Source: an uncultured Spirochaetales bacterium (lineage in GTDB: Bacteria; Spirochaetota; Spirochaetia; JABEVK01). From it: 64,000 nt of DNA. Below, piece by piece: positions 29,541 to 38,456 of this stretch (position 1 is its first letter; the number at the start of each line of letters is the position of its first letter). The stretch lies in contig CAYYUZ010000003.1 of assembly GCA_964475005.1 (NCBI GenBank), positions 3,500 through 67,499 of the forward strand. Direction: 5' to 3'. A program made the translations under genes and the position numbers. The notes under the pieces were generated by a model. The model made no database searches. It saw only the letters and a list, made by a program, of their open reading frames with translations, and was not told the origin of the DNA.

Positions 29541-30590
29541 ATGAAAGCAGTGATCTTTCAAGGAAAGGGCAAGGTAACGACTGAAGAGCGACCCCGGCCG
29601 GGGGTCCGACAGCCAACGGAAGCGATCGTGCGTGTGGTCCGGGCCTGCGTGTGCGGTTCAGACCTTTGGTATTTCCGGGGCGAGAGTGATCACGCCGTGG
29701 GAGCCATTGGTCACGAGTTCATTGGTATTGTCGAAGAAACCGGGTCGGCGGTACGAAACGTCAAGAGTGGAGACTTCGTCATTGCGCCTTTCGCCTTCAG
29801 CGACAATACCTGTCCCCACTGCCAAGCCGGATATCAAACGGCGTGTCAGCACGGTGGCTTTTTTGGCGCTGGCAACGACGCAGACGGAGGACAGGCCGAG
29901 TTCGTCCGAGTTCCTCAGGCCGACGGAACCCTTGAGGTCGTGCCCAAGCGCAAGTACGACGACGACATGCTCGCCTCGATTCTTTCGCTTTCCGACGTTA
30001 TGGGAACTGGCTACCACGCCGCTGTTAGCGCAGAGGTGAAAGCGGGGGACACCGTGGCCGTGGTCGGCGACGGTGCTGTGGGATTGTGCGGCATCATTGC
30101 TGCCCACCTGCTGGGCGCGAAACAGATCATTGCTCTCAGTCGCAACCCTGCGCGCCAGGCCCTTGCCCGAGAGTTTGGGGCGACCACAATCGTGGCTGAA
30201 CGCGGAAAGGCAGCGATCGACAAGGTGCTCGCGCTCACCGGTGGCATCGGTGTCGATGCCGTGCTGGAGTGCGTCGGCACCGATGAAGCGAACCAGACCG
30301 CGTTCGCCGTGGCTCGCCCTGGTGCAATAGTGGGTCGCGTAGGGGTGCCCCACCAAGTGGAGATCTCGGCTACAGGAACCTTCTTTCGCAACGTGGGCAT
30401 GCGAGGCGGTCCGGCACCCGTCAAGGCCTATATGAGCGTGCTCCTGCCCGCCGTCCTTGAAGGACGCATCCAACCGGGAAGAGTCTTTGACCTGACCACG
30501 GACCTAGATCATATTCAGGAAGCCTACCAGGCGATGGACGAACGGCGCGCCGTCAAGGTGCTGCTCAAAGTCAGCGAAATCGAGGACTAA
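29541..30590 (+). CDS. Zinc-dependent alcohol dehydrogenase (MDR family)
   Basis: 349 aa; catalytic zinc GHEFIG, structural zinc Cys cluster (CPHCQAGYQTAC), Rossmann motif VVGDGAVG. Confidence 0.8.
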   Translation: MKAVIFQGKGKVTTEERPRPGVRQPTEAIVRVVRACVCGSDLWYFRGESDHAVGAIGHEFIGIVEETGSAVRNVKSGDFVIAPFAFSDNTCPHCQAGYQTACQHGGFFGAGNDADGGQAEFVRVPQADGTLEVVPKRKYDDDMLASILSLSDVMGTGYHAAVSAEVKAGDTVAVVGDGAVGLCGIIAAHLLGAKQIIALSRNPARQALAREFGATTIVAERGKAAIDKVLALTGGIGVDAVLECVGTDEANQTAFAVARPGAIVGRVGVPHQVEISATGTFFRNVGMRGGPAPVKAYMSVLLPAVLEGRIQPGRVFDLTTDLDHIQEAYQAMDERRAVKVLLKVSEIED

Positions 30591-31999
30591 TGAAACCTAC
30601 CAACAACCCCAACGCACTCTTGGCCATCATTTGCATCAGCTATTTCATGGTCATCCTCGACAACTCCATCATCTTTACGGGATTGCCCCTGATCGAAGCC
30701 AGCATGCGGTTCACCCCGGCGTCCCTGGCATGGGTGACCAACGCCTATGTCCTCGTGTTCGGCGGGTTCCTGCTGTTGGGCGCACGAGCTGGTGACCTTC
30801 TAGGCCGACGACGGGTATTCCTTGTCGGACTCACCGTCTTTGGCATCTCGTCGGCGCTCGTCGGCCTGGCGCCCTTCAGCGAATGGCTGATCGCCGCCCG
30901 AGCTGTTCAGGGTTTAGGTGCCGCGATCCTGGCCCCTTCGTCCATGGCGCTATTGACCGAGCACTTCGAAGACGGCCACCAACGAGGGAGGGCTGTAGCT
31001 GCTTACAGTGCAGTAGCCGGCATCGGCGCAAGCGCCGGTTTGGTCATTGGCGGGATTCTGGCAGACACGATTTCGTGGCGCGCCGGTTTCTTCCTCAATG
31101 TCCCGATTGCGGTGGCGATGATTGTCGCGGCACTTCGCGTGATTGGCACGAGTCCCCGGCATGAAGGACGATTCGACTTGATAGGCGCCGTGTCGGGCAC
31201 GGCGGGAATGACTGCGCTCGTGTTTGGCATCAACAACGCGGCTGAAACCAGTTGGACCACGCTGACGACGATCGGATCAATGGTCGTTGCGGTCATTCTG
31301 CTGGTGGTCTTTGTATTGAACGAGGCCCGAGCCAAGCAACCCATCATGCCGCTTCGGCTGTTCGCCAACAGACAACGCGTAGGGGCCTACCTGACGCGTC
31401 TTCTATACCTCGGCGCGATGTTTGGCTTCTTCTTCTTTACGACGCAGTACATGCAAGGCATCTTACACTTCAGTCCGCTGCAGGCCGGTTTCGGGTTCTT
31501 ACCCATGTCGGCGATCAACTTCATCATCGCCCTGCTTGTGGTCAGGTTCGTGAGACGATTCGGAGGACCCACCGTCCTGATTGCCGGTGTGACCCTGACT
31601 GGAATTGGTATGGCGTGGCTCAGCCTAGTCGGCCCTGCGAGTAACTATTGGTGGAGCGTCGCTCTCCCCATGACGCTGATCGGCACGGGGCAGGGCCTTG
31701 CCTTTGCGCCGATGACCTCGTTTGGACTCACCCAAGTCGAGCCCAAAGACGCCGGCGCGGCATCGGGCATCGTGAACACCTTCCATCAAGTCGGTAGTGG
31801 TCTCGGACTCAGTATCCTCGTCGCCATGGGCTCTGCAGCAAATGCAGCAACGGTCAGTGGCCAGAATGCCCTTCTTCAGAGGATCAACGTGGCTCTCGTT
31901 GGTAGCACCATACTCCTTTCCGTTGCCCTAGTCATTGTTCTGGTTTTGATTGCACGCAATAGGCGGCATATGCCAGGGGCTTTCTCGTCTGCTGGGTGA
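30590..31999 (+). CDS. MFS transporter, DHA2 (14-TMS, EmrB/QacA-like) drug efflux family
   Basis: 469 aa, about 14 TM helices, motif A region GARAGDLLGRRRV; start overlaps the ADH stop (TAATG). Confidence 0.8.
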   Translation: MKPTNNPNALLAIICISYFMVILDNSIIFTGLPLIEASMRFTPASLAWVTNAYVLVFGGFLLLGARAGDLLGRRRVFLVGLTVFGISSALVGLAPFSEWLIAARAVQGLGAAILAPSSMALLTEHFEDGHQRGRAVAAYSAVAGIGASAGLVIGGILADTISWRAGFFLNVPIAVAMIVAALRVIGTSPRHEGRFDLIGAVSGTAGMTALVFGINNAAETSWTTLTTIGSMVVAVILLVVFVLNEARAKQPIMPLRLFANRQRVGAYLTRLLYLGAMFGFFFFTTQYMQGILHFSPLQAGFGFLPMSAINFIIALLVVRFVRRFGGPTVLIAGVTLTGIGMAWLSLVGPASNYWWSVALPMTLIGTGQGLAFAPMTSFGLTQVEPKDAGAASGIVNTFHQVGSGLGLSILVAMGSAANAATVSGQNALLQRINVALVGSTILLSVALVIVLVLIARNRRHMPGAFSSAG

Positions 32000-32348
32000 A
32001 TCGATCGACCCAAGACCGGAGAAGGAAGGATGTGATTCCCTCGTTGTCTTATTGTCGATCACTTGGCATCTCACGAACTGGCTCCATGGAACATGAGTCG
32101 CCAATCAGACCGCCAACGCATGTTCTGAGCATCGACGCGGTTCGAGGAAGGAAGAGAAGTATCTGCCCTTGCGGAGCTTAGGGATCTTCAGGTTCAGCCA
32201 CCCATCCTGGTCTGAAGACCTCGGCCTCCATGAGCTTTTGAAGAACAAACTATCCTAGCTGCGGTAGCAGGTCGCCCCCGGTGTGATTCCATTCTGCCTC
32301 AATCATTGCCGACCGGCGACAGTCAACCAATTGGGGAGACTCTTACAC

Positions 32349-32605
32349 CACTCCAGCGGTTCTGCCCTTGAGTGAGCGAAGCGATTTCCGCTGAAACCCT
32401 TTCTGCTGATGCTTTTTCACTTTCAGCATCTGCTGAAACGAATTCTCCTGATGAAGATTTGTCCTCTTCATCTGCTGAACGGGTTTCTCCTGATGAATGT
32501 TTGGTTTCAGCATCTGCAGAATTGAATTCTTCAGATGAAGTTTTCCTTTCGACATCAGCTGAACGTCCGTCAGCACATGCTGAAACAAATTCTCCTGATG
32601 AATTT
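32349..32605. repeat. Degenerate tandem repeat array, about 5 copies of a 40-57 bp unit with internal palindrome TCAGCAtcTGCTGA
   Basis: Units (TCAGCATCTGCTGAAACGAATTCTCCTGATGAAGATTTGTCCTCT and variants) read directly. AT-rich. Both strands give repetitive ORFs judged non-coding. Confidence 0.6.
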
Positions 32606-32660
32606 TGCCATTTTCCGGTTTTTTCACAAGAGGCAACGGAGATAGCGAAGAAGACCGAAC

Positions 32661-32727
32661 CACGGATAAACACGGATTCACACGGATGGGAAAAGGATCA
32701 ATCGGTGTTGATCCGTGTCCATCCGTG
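32661..32727. repeat. CACGGAT direct-repeat triplet plus nested inverted repeats
   Basis: CACGGATaaaCACGGATtcaCACGGATgg ... GGATCAA-tcggtg-TTGATCC ... CCATCCGTG, just past the stop of the convergent PilZ-like gene. Confidence 0.55.
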
Positions 32728-32798
32728 GTGAATCCCCCTTTCTGCCCATCCACTGTGTTCCTCTTCTCCGATGACTCCGCGTTCTCTTGTTCAGAATC

Positions 32799-33860
32799 TC
32801 AGGGCGTAGGACTCTCGGCTTCGACCTTTGGCCCTTCCTGGGCCTCCTGCACCTTCTGTTTCATGTACGCGATCAGACGGCTCTTGGTCGCTATGTCGAG
32901 ATACAGGAAAAGCAGACCGGCCTCATTCGTGCCTGAGCTTGTCATGAAAGCCTGCGACGGGACGACTTCGATGGGACCGAAGGCCCAATTGCGGGTGGCG
33001 CCTCTCTCCCCAAAAATCAACTGGTAGATCTGCCCCTTCTTCAAGGGCCGACCGACCTGCACTCGCACGCCTTCCAGACTCAAGTCAAGAACCTTCACAG
33101 TCTCGTTGAACGTGGTGCGAGGGTCGGCGATCGACCCCGACGCGTTGTCGAGCCCGATGCGCGAGTAGCGGCGGCCTGCTGTCAGAACCACCTCTTCGGG
33201 TTTGCGCAGAAACAGGCCGACGTCGTTGCGCACGTCGGTGATGACCGTCGATCCCTGAAGGAAATTCTTCCCCACGTTGTAGTTGAGCTGAAGAGCCGTT
33301 CCCTTTTTGAGAAACTCAGGAATCGGCGGACGGTATTCGACAACGATGTGTTTGCCGGTGATTTCAAGCACCTTGGATTTGATCAAATGCAGGGTTCCCG
33401 CCGTCGGGAAATCAAGCTCGATGTCGAAGCCCTCCTCGAGGGGATAGTTCTGATTGATGAAATCTTCAACTTCCTTTTCGGTGGTCTTCATCCGGTGAAG
33501 CTCGTAGAAAAAGAACTCAGAGTACTTCTCAAGAACCGACGACGGAACGGCTTGCGCCGAGCCCTCATGGTGCCGGAACTCGTTGATCAGTTCTTGAATG
33601 CGTTTTTGCTGGAGAGGGTTGAGCCGGCCGACCGCAGGAACGTACTTGGCACGGATCGGCGCGTCAGACCCCTCGGCCATGCCGGGTCCCCGTTTCTGGA
33701 AGCGCTTCTTGGCGTTGCCGTAACGTTGAACCAGGTACCACACCCCGACTACAAGGCCAATAACAACAAAAAAGCCAACAATGAGACCGATATTTCCGCC
33801 GCCCCCGCTGGAACTGAAGCCTTGGGCAAATTGGTTTTGCCAGGCGCCGCCATCATTCAT
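32799..33860 (-). CDS. Membrane-anchored PilZ-like domain protein
   Basis: Start trimmed to MNDGGAW (AGGTGGGGG RBS). Gly-rich segment, one TM helix, then a cytoplasmic domain with RRYSRIG...DNASGS resembling the PilZ RxxxR / (D/N)xSxxG c-di-GMP motifs (imperfect). Confidence 0.4.
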   Translation of the reverse strand: MNDGGAWQNQFAQGFSSSGGGGNIGLIVGFFVVIGLVVGVWYLVQRYGNAKKRFQKRGPGMAEGSDAPIRAKYVPAVGRLNPLQQKRIQELINEFRHHEGSAQAVPSSVLEKYSEFFFYELHRMKTTEKEVEDFINQNYPLEEGFDIELDFPTAGTLHLIKSKVLEITGKHIVVEYRPPIPEFLKKGTALQLNYNVGKNFLQGSTVITDVRNDVGLFLRKPEEVVLTAGRRYSRIGLDNASGSIADPRTTFNETVKVLDLSLEGVRVQVGRPLKKGQIYQLIFGERGATRNWAFGPIEVVPSQAFMTSSGTNEAGLLFLYLDIATKSRLIAYMKQKVQEAQEGPKVEAESPTP

Positions 33861-33915
33861 GATTTTCCCCCACCTGCTTTCAATGTCGGAACTCCTACAT
33901 ATAAGATAAGCATAT

Positions 33916-34629
33916 TTGGGCGTGCTGACACCAAACTCGACCTTTGGGGTTATCATGATCGAGTTCTTCGGGAGGATTGTCATGCGTTCCGCCGCCGAAC
34001 CCAAGGCGTGGGTCGAAAGCCACGTCGTCAGGGTCGCCCAATCGTCGTTTTTGATCACCAGCACCACTTCGTACGTCGTGGCGATCGACCCGTTTACTAC
34101 CTTTCCCAAGGGGGTTAAGGCCGACGTGGTCCTGATCACTCACAGCCACCCCGACCACTTCAACGCTTCGAAGGTCCGCTCGCTGTTGAAACCCGGAACC
34201 CGTGTCGTGTTTCCGGCCTCGATGAAGCGCAGCGGCGCGGACCGCGGTTTGGCGACCGACGCTCTGGTGCCCGGCGACACGCGTTTGATCGGCCCGCTGA
34301 CGTTGACCGCCGTGGCCGCCTACAACCTGAAACGCCCCATCCACCGCCGGTCTCAGGGGTTCCTTGGGTACCTTTTCACCCTGGACGGACTGAGGTTGTA
34401 CCATGCCGGCGATACGGATTTGATCCCCGAAATGCAGGCGCTCGTGGCCGATGTCGCCCTTCTGCCTGTCGGCGGTCTGGTTACGATGAACCCTGTTCAG
34501 GCCTCACAAGCCGCCCGAGAATTGAAGGCCAAGGTGGTGGTGCCCATGCATTATGGAAAGCTTCCTTTCACGCGTCAGGCAGGCAAGAAGTTTGCGTCGC
34601 TCTTTGAAGGGATCACGGTGCTCGCATGA
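33916..34629 (+). CDS. MBL-fold metallo-hydrolase
   Basis: HxHxDH motif (ITHSHPDHF); the true start may be a few codons in; ATGA overlap with the next gene. Confidence 0.65.
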   Translation: MGVLTPNSTFGVIMIEFFGRIVMRSAAEPKAWVESHVVRVAQSSFLITSTTSYVVAIDPFTTFPKGVKADVVLITHSHPDHFNASKVRSLLKPGTRVVFPASMKRSGADRGLATDALVPGDTRLIGPLTLTAVAAYNLKRPIHRRSQGFLGYLFTLDGLRLYHAGDTDLIPEMQALVADVALLPVGGLVTMNPVQASQAARELKAKVVVPMHYGKLPFTRQAGKKFASLFEGITVLA

Positions 34630-35951
34630 CCGAACTCCCCCTGGTCCCGGCACCCCGCTCGTTTGTCCCGTCCTCTGGATTGGCCTCCGGCAAGGCCGTG
34701 CTGAACGAGGCCCTGGTTCCGCAACTAGGGTTCGTGCCGCGCTTTGTCGCCGAGGAAGCCTACGAGTTGGAGTTCGACGAGGCCGGTGCCAGGCTCAGGG
34801 CGTTGTCGCCCGCGGGTCTCCAGCACGGAAGGACCACTTGGAATACCCTGAGTGCGCTGGAAACCTTTCCGGCCGGCAAGATCGAGGACGAACCAAGGTT
34901 CCGCTGGAGGGGCCTGATGCTCGACTGCTCGCGGCATTTTTACCCCGTGACCGACATCAAGGCCCTGCTCGACAAGCTGGCGGAGCTCAAGCTCAACCGT
35001 TTCCATTGGCATCTTGTCGACGACCAAGGGTGGCGGCTTGAGATTCCCGGCTACCCCAAGTTCACGCAAGTCGGTGCTTGGCGGACGCAGCCCGACGGAA
35101 AGCTCTACGGAGGGTTCTACTCGAAAGCCGAGGTGGTCGAGATCGTTGCCTACGCGGCTCAGAAGTCGATCGTCGTCGTTCCGGAAATCGAGCTTCCGGG
35201 GCATAGTCTGGCGGCTCTGGCCAGCTACCCCGAGCTTTCGTGTTCAGGGGCACCCGAAAAAGTGGAGACCCGCTGGGGCATCTTCGACGGGGTGTACTGC
35301 GCAAGTTCGGAGCCTGCGGCAAGAATCCTTGAAGACGTTCTCGAAGAAGTCTGCCGCCTGTTTCCCTCGCCTTGGATCCACCTTGGCGGAGACGAGGTCG
35401 TCAGGACCCGGTGGGAGAATTGCCCCCTGTGCCAAGCCAAGATTCGCAACGAAGGACTCAACGGTACCGAAGGTTTGGAGGCCGCGTTTTTCAGGCGGTT
35501 CATCGCTTTTTTGCAGGCCCGCGGAAAAACTCCGATTGGCTGGAACGAGCTGTTCGAGCACACCATCCCCAAGACGGTTCCCGTGCAGTGGTGGCAAAGG
35601 TCCGATTTGGCCAAGAAGACCCTCGAGGCGGGAAACCCACTGCTGGTCAGCAATGTCGAGTACTGTTATTTCGACTACCCCTACGCCGAGACCGACCCAT
35701 GGTACCTTCCGTCGTTCATGAAGGTCACGCCCGTTGAGAAGGTCTACGCCAACCCTGTGGTTCCCGCCGGGTGCGAGGCGCTTATCGACGGAATTTGGGG
35801 AGGAGAGGCCTGCCTGTGGACGGAGCAAGTGCCGCCAGGCGAAGCTCCCAAACGTCTGGCAGGACGCCTCGAAGCGTTTTCCGAAGTCTACTGGACCTTT
35901 GACAAGCGCCCCGGTTTTGAATCGTTTCTGAGACGGTCCGCTCGTGGGTGA
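34626..35951 (+). CDS. Beta-N-acetylhexosaminidase (GH20)
   Basis: RFHWHLVDDQGWRLE and HLGGDEV catalytic region typical of GH20. Confidence 0.8.
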   Translation: MTELPLVPAPRSFVPSSGLASGKAVLNEALVPQLGFVPRFVAEEAYELEFDEAGARLRALSPAGLQHGRTTWNTLSALETFPAGKIEDEPRFRWRGLMLDCSRHFYPVTDIKALLDKLAELKLNRFHWHLVDDQGWRLEIPGYPKFTQVGAWRTQPDGKLYGGFYSKAEVVEIVAYAAQKSIVVVPEIELPGHSLAALASYPELSCSGAPEKVETRWGIFDGVYCASSEPAARILEDVLEEVCRLFPSPWIHLGGDEVVRTRWENCPLCQAKIRNEGLNGTEGLEAAFFRRFIAFLQARGKTPIGWNELFEHTIPKTVPVQWWQRSDLAKKTLEAGNPLLVSNVEYCYFDYPYAETDPWYLPSFMKVTPVEKVYANPVVPAGCEALIDGIWGGEACLWTEQVPPGEAPKRLAGRLEAFSEVYWTFDKRPGFESFLRRSARG

Positions 35952-36408
35952 AGTTCACGAATGTCTGTGTTGCCAAGCCAATGACGGAAGCCGATCGATC
36001 TCTCCTGGGGAGGCGATTTTCGACGGTGACTTCTGGGTTGTGGAGCATGCGTTTCCGACAAGCTTGCTCGGATGGACTGTCGTTCGGCTCAAACGCCACT
36101 GTGAAGAGCTTCACAACTTGTCGAAACAGGAATTCGCCGAATTGGCCATGATCCAGTTTGCGGTCACCAGGACGCTGCACGAACTCCTTGATCCAGAGAA
36201 GGAGTACGTTGCCTGCTTTGCTGAAAAGGAGGGTTTCAAACACCTCCACGTTCACATCATCCCCAAACCCCACAGGACTCGTCCCGAGGACGGCGGAGTC
36301 AACGCTTTTCGGTTCCTGGGGCCAGCGGCCGAGAATCTTTTGAGCGACCAGAAGATCGTCGAGTTTTCTTCACAGATGAAGTCGGCCTTGCTGGCGTATT
36401 TCGACTAG
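35944..36408 (+). CDS. HIT-family (histidine triad) protein
   Basis: GTG start overlapping the GH20 stop; histidine triad HLHVHII. Confidence 0.65.
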   Translation: MGEVHECLCCQANDGSRSISPGEAIFDGDFWVVEHAFPTSLLGWTVVRLKRHCEELHNLSKQEFAELAMIQFAVTRTLHELLDPEKEYVACFAEKEGFKHLHVHIIPKPHRTRPEDGGVNAFRFLGPAAENLLSDQKIVEFSSQMKSALLAYFD

Positions 36409-36860
36409 AAGCTGACTTCGATGGCCGTTTTCACCGAGTTGGCGATGTAGCATTCGTGGTGGGCGTTGTGGTGAAGGGCTTCCAGTTTTTCGCGGGCAGG
36501 AGGAGGTCCCACCCATTCGATGTCGGGGTGGAGTTCAATGCGCGAGATCCAATCGCGGTTTTCCGCGTTTTTATCCATGAAGCCGACGGCCTTGTCGCGG
36601 TAACTCTTGATCACGAGTTTCTCCCGGTAGGCCAAAAACAGAAACGTCAGCATGTGACAGCTGGAAACCGAAGCCACAAAGGCCTCTTCAGGGTCGACGG
36701 CGTCCTCTTTGGAGTACGGCAGTTTGACCACCAGCGGCGAGGACGAGGCCTCGACCGTCACCCCGCCGTCGAAGGTCCACTGGTGGGCTCGGGAATACTT
36801 CCCCGTCGCGAACGCGTTTTCGCCGTCTTGCCAAAGAATCTGGGCCACGTACTGGTGCAT
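36405..36860 (-). CDS. OsmC/Ohr-family peroxiredoxin-like protein
   Basis: 151 aa; OsmC-type Cys motifs (SSCHMLT ... HECYI). Confidence 0.7.
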   Translation of the reverse strand: MHQYVAQILWQDGENAFATGKYSRAHQWTFDGGVTVEASSSPLVVKLPYSKEDAVDPEEAFVASVSSCHMLTFLFLAYREKLVIKSYRDKAVGFMDKNAENRDWISRIELHPDIEWVGPPPAREKLEALHHNAHHECYIANSVKTAIEVSF

Positions 36861-36931
36861 GCTCTCCCCCGAGTTTCAAACGATTTTGCTAATATCGGTG
36901 CCTAACCCGCAGGCCGTCAAGCCGGGCACGA

Positions 36932-37318
36932 CTATCGCGTCAGCTCGTAGTCAAGCTCGTAGAAGTGCTGTTGTCCTTCGATCCGGATCGTCATCGAACC
37001 GGTCACACCTTCCAAGGCGCCGCTCGAACAGCCAGGCACGATGGTCAGTTCAAGGCTCTGGGGGGCTGCCGTGCGAAAGCCTCGGTGGGTGACAAAGAAA
37101 GCTCCCTCTTTGCCATCCAGACGGCCTTCGATCCTTTCGAGGGCGACGTAGGCCCCGGACCCACTGTCGGCGCCAACAGCCAGCATCTCCACGGTGCTGG
37201 CGGCGACCAGTTGGCCGGTGAACTCCTTGGTCAGAGCGTAGCGCCCCGAGGTCAAGGTCCCCGACTTCTTCTCGGTTTCAGGTTTCATATGAACTTCAAA
37301 GGTTCCTGAGGCTTTCAT
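36932..37318 (-). CDS. DUF3224-like small beta-barrel protein
   Basis: 128 aa; the pattern resembles DUF3224 (YelI-like); tentative. Confidence 0.4.
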   Translation of the reverse strand: MKASGTFEVHMKPETEKKSGTLTSGRYALTKEFTGQLVAASTVEMLAVGADSGSGAYVALERIEGRLDGKEGAFFVTHRGFRTAAPQSLELTIVPGCSSGALEGVTGSMTIRIEGQQHFYELDYELTR

Positions 37319-37340
37319 CGTGGTCGCTCCTTCCTGCAGA

Positions 37341-38456
37341 TCAAAGTGTAACTGCCGCGAGCAGTTTCTTCAGAAGACCGGTTTCCCAAATTTGGATCTC
37401 GGGCTGACCGTAGTCTCCTCCTGTCATCACAACGATGAGCTCAAGGGCCGGAACGACGAAGATCTTTTGTCCGCCGTTGCCAACCGTCGAATACCAGCGT
37501 GTCTTGACGCCCTGTCCGTCATAGGTACCATTCCACCAGAAAAATCCGTAAGAGGTGCCTTGGTCGTCGAGGTCGAAAAAGTTTGTCTCCACCTTTACCA
37601 GAGGAGAGGTCACCGCGTCCACCCATTCCGCGGGGATCACCTGCCGGCCTTGCCAACGGCCACGAGCCAGCATCAGCTCCCCGAGTTTCAGCATGTCGCC
37701 CGACCGCAGTCCCAGTCCGGCGTACGGCAAGGGGTAGCCGTTGGCCCCCTTTCCCCACTTCAAGTCGACGATCCCCAAAGGAAGGAAAAGATCGGTCCGG
37801 ACAATCTCGGTGATGGGACGCCCATCGATGAGTTCGAGCATGCGCGACGCGATGAAAGTCGATCCCCCGGAATAGTTGAAGTGCGTTCCCGGGGGGTACT
37901 CCAACCGCCGGTTCAGCGCGTAACCTACGGGATCCTTGTCTGAAAACAACCGCGTCTCATCGCTGGTCAAAAGGCCTTCGCCCCACTCCTTCCAGGCCAG
38001 CCCGCTGCTCATCCCTAAGAAATCGTGAAGCTCAAGGTTCTGCACGTCGGGGGGCGCCTTGGCGGCCAATTCGGGAAAGTCCCGAACGCGCGAACGAAGC
38101 GAGTAATCGGGGTGCCTGGCCAGGACGCCTCCGGCCACGAGTGCCACGACGCTCTTGGTGGTCGAACGCACGTCGTGGATGGTTTGGGGCCCCAGCGAGG
38201 ACCAAAGGCTAAACACGCTGCCATCGCTGAGCGAGGTGTTCCAACCGTTGCGGTAAAGTTCGGCCGAAAGCCGGCCAAAGCGTTCAACCAGCAGACTGTG
38301 AAGGTTTCTGTCGGAGTGGGCCGCCTGGTCAACCACAGCGAGAAGCCGGGCGCGATCAAAACCGGGAACTTGACCAGCGACGTTGTACCTAGGCTCGGTC
38401 GAGCAGCCAAGCAGTGCCGCCGCGAGAAGGAGCGCGAGACTCAGTCGAGGATACAT
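37341..38456 (-). CDS. Serine hydrolase, beta-lactamase/PBP4-like family, secreted
   Basis: Signal peptide with lipobox-like LLGCS; SxxK motif STTKSV; YSG-type second motif (FNYSGGST). Confidence 0.7.
   Translation of the reverse strand: MYPRLSLALLLAAALLGCSTEPRYNVAGQVPGFDRARLLAVVDQAAHSDRNLHSLLVERFGRLSAELYRNGWNTSLSDGSVFSLWSSLGPQTIHDVRSTTKSVVALVAGGVLARHPDYSLRSRVRDFPELAAKAPPDVQNLELHDFLGMSSGLAWKEWGEGLLTSDETRLFSDKDPVGYALNRRLEYPPGTHFNYSGGSTFIASRMLELIDGRPITEIVRTDLFLPLGIVDLKWGKGANGYPLPYAGLGLRSGDMLKLGELMLARGRWQGRQVIPAEWVDAVTSPLVKVETNFFDLDDQGTSYGFFWWNGTYDGQGVKTRWYSTVGNGGQKIFVVPALELIVVMTGGDYGQPEIQIWETGLLKKLLAAVTL

Noticed and set aside
32349-32605. CRISPR array interpretation of the palindrome-containing tandem repeats
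   Set aside because: The segments between the palindromic cores are homologous to one another (they are part of the repeat unit), not unique spacers. Unit lengths vary (39-57 bp), and no cas genes or leader are nearby.
32323-32753. Repetitive ORFs on both strands of the minisatellite (32372-32731 +, 32323-32673 -, 32343-32753 -)
   Set aside because: Three mutually exclusive frames all stay open because the sequence is a tandem repeat. Codon usage is unlike the rest of the genome, and no RBS is present. They are retained only as a low-probability alternative.
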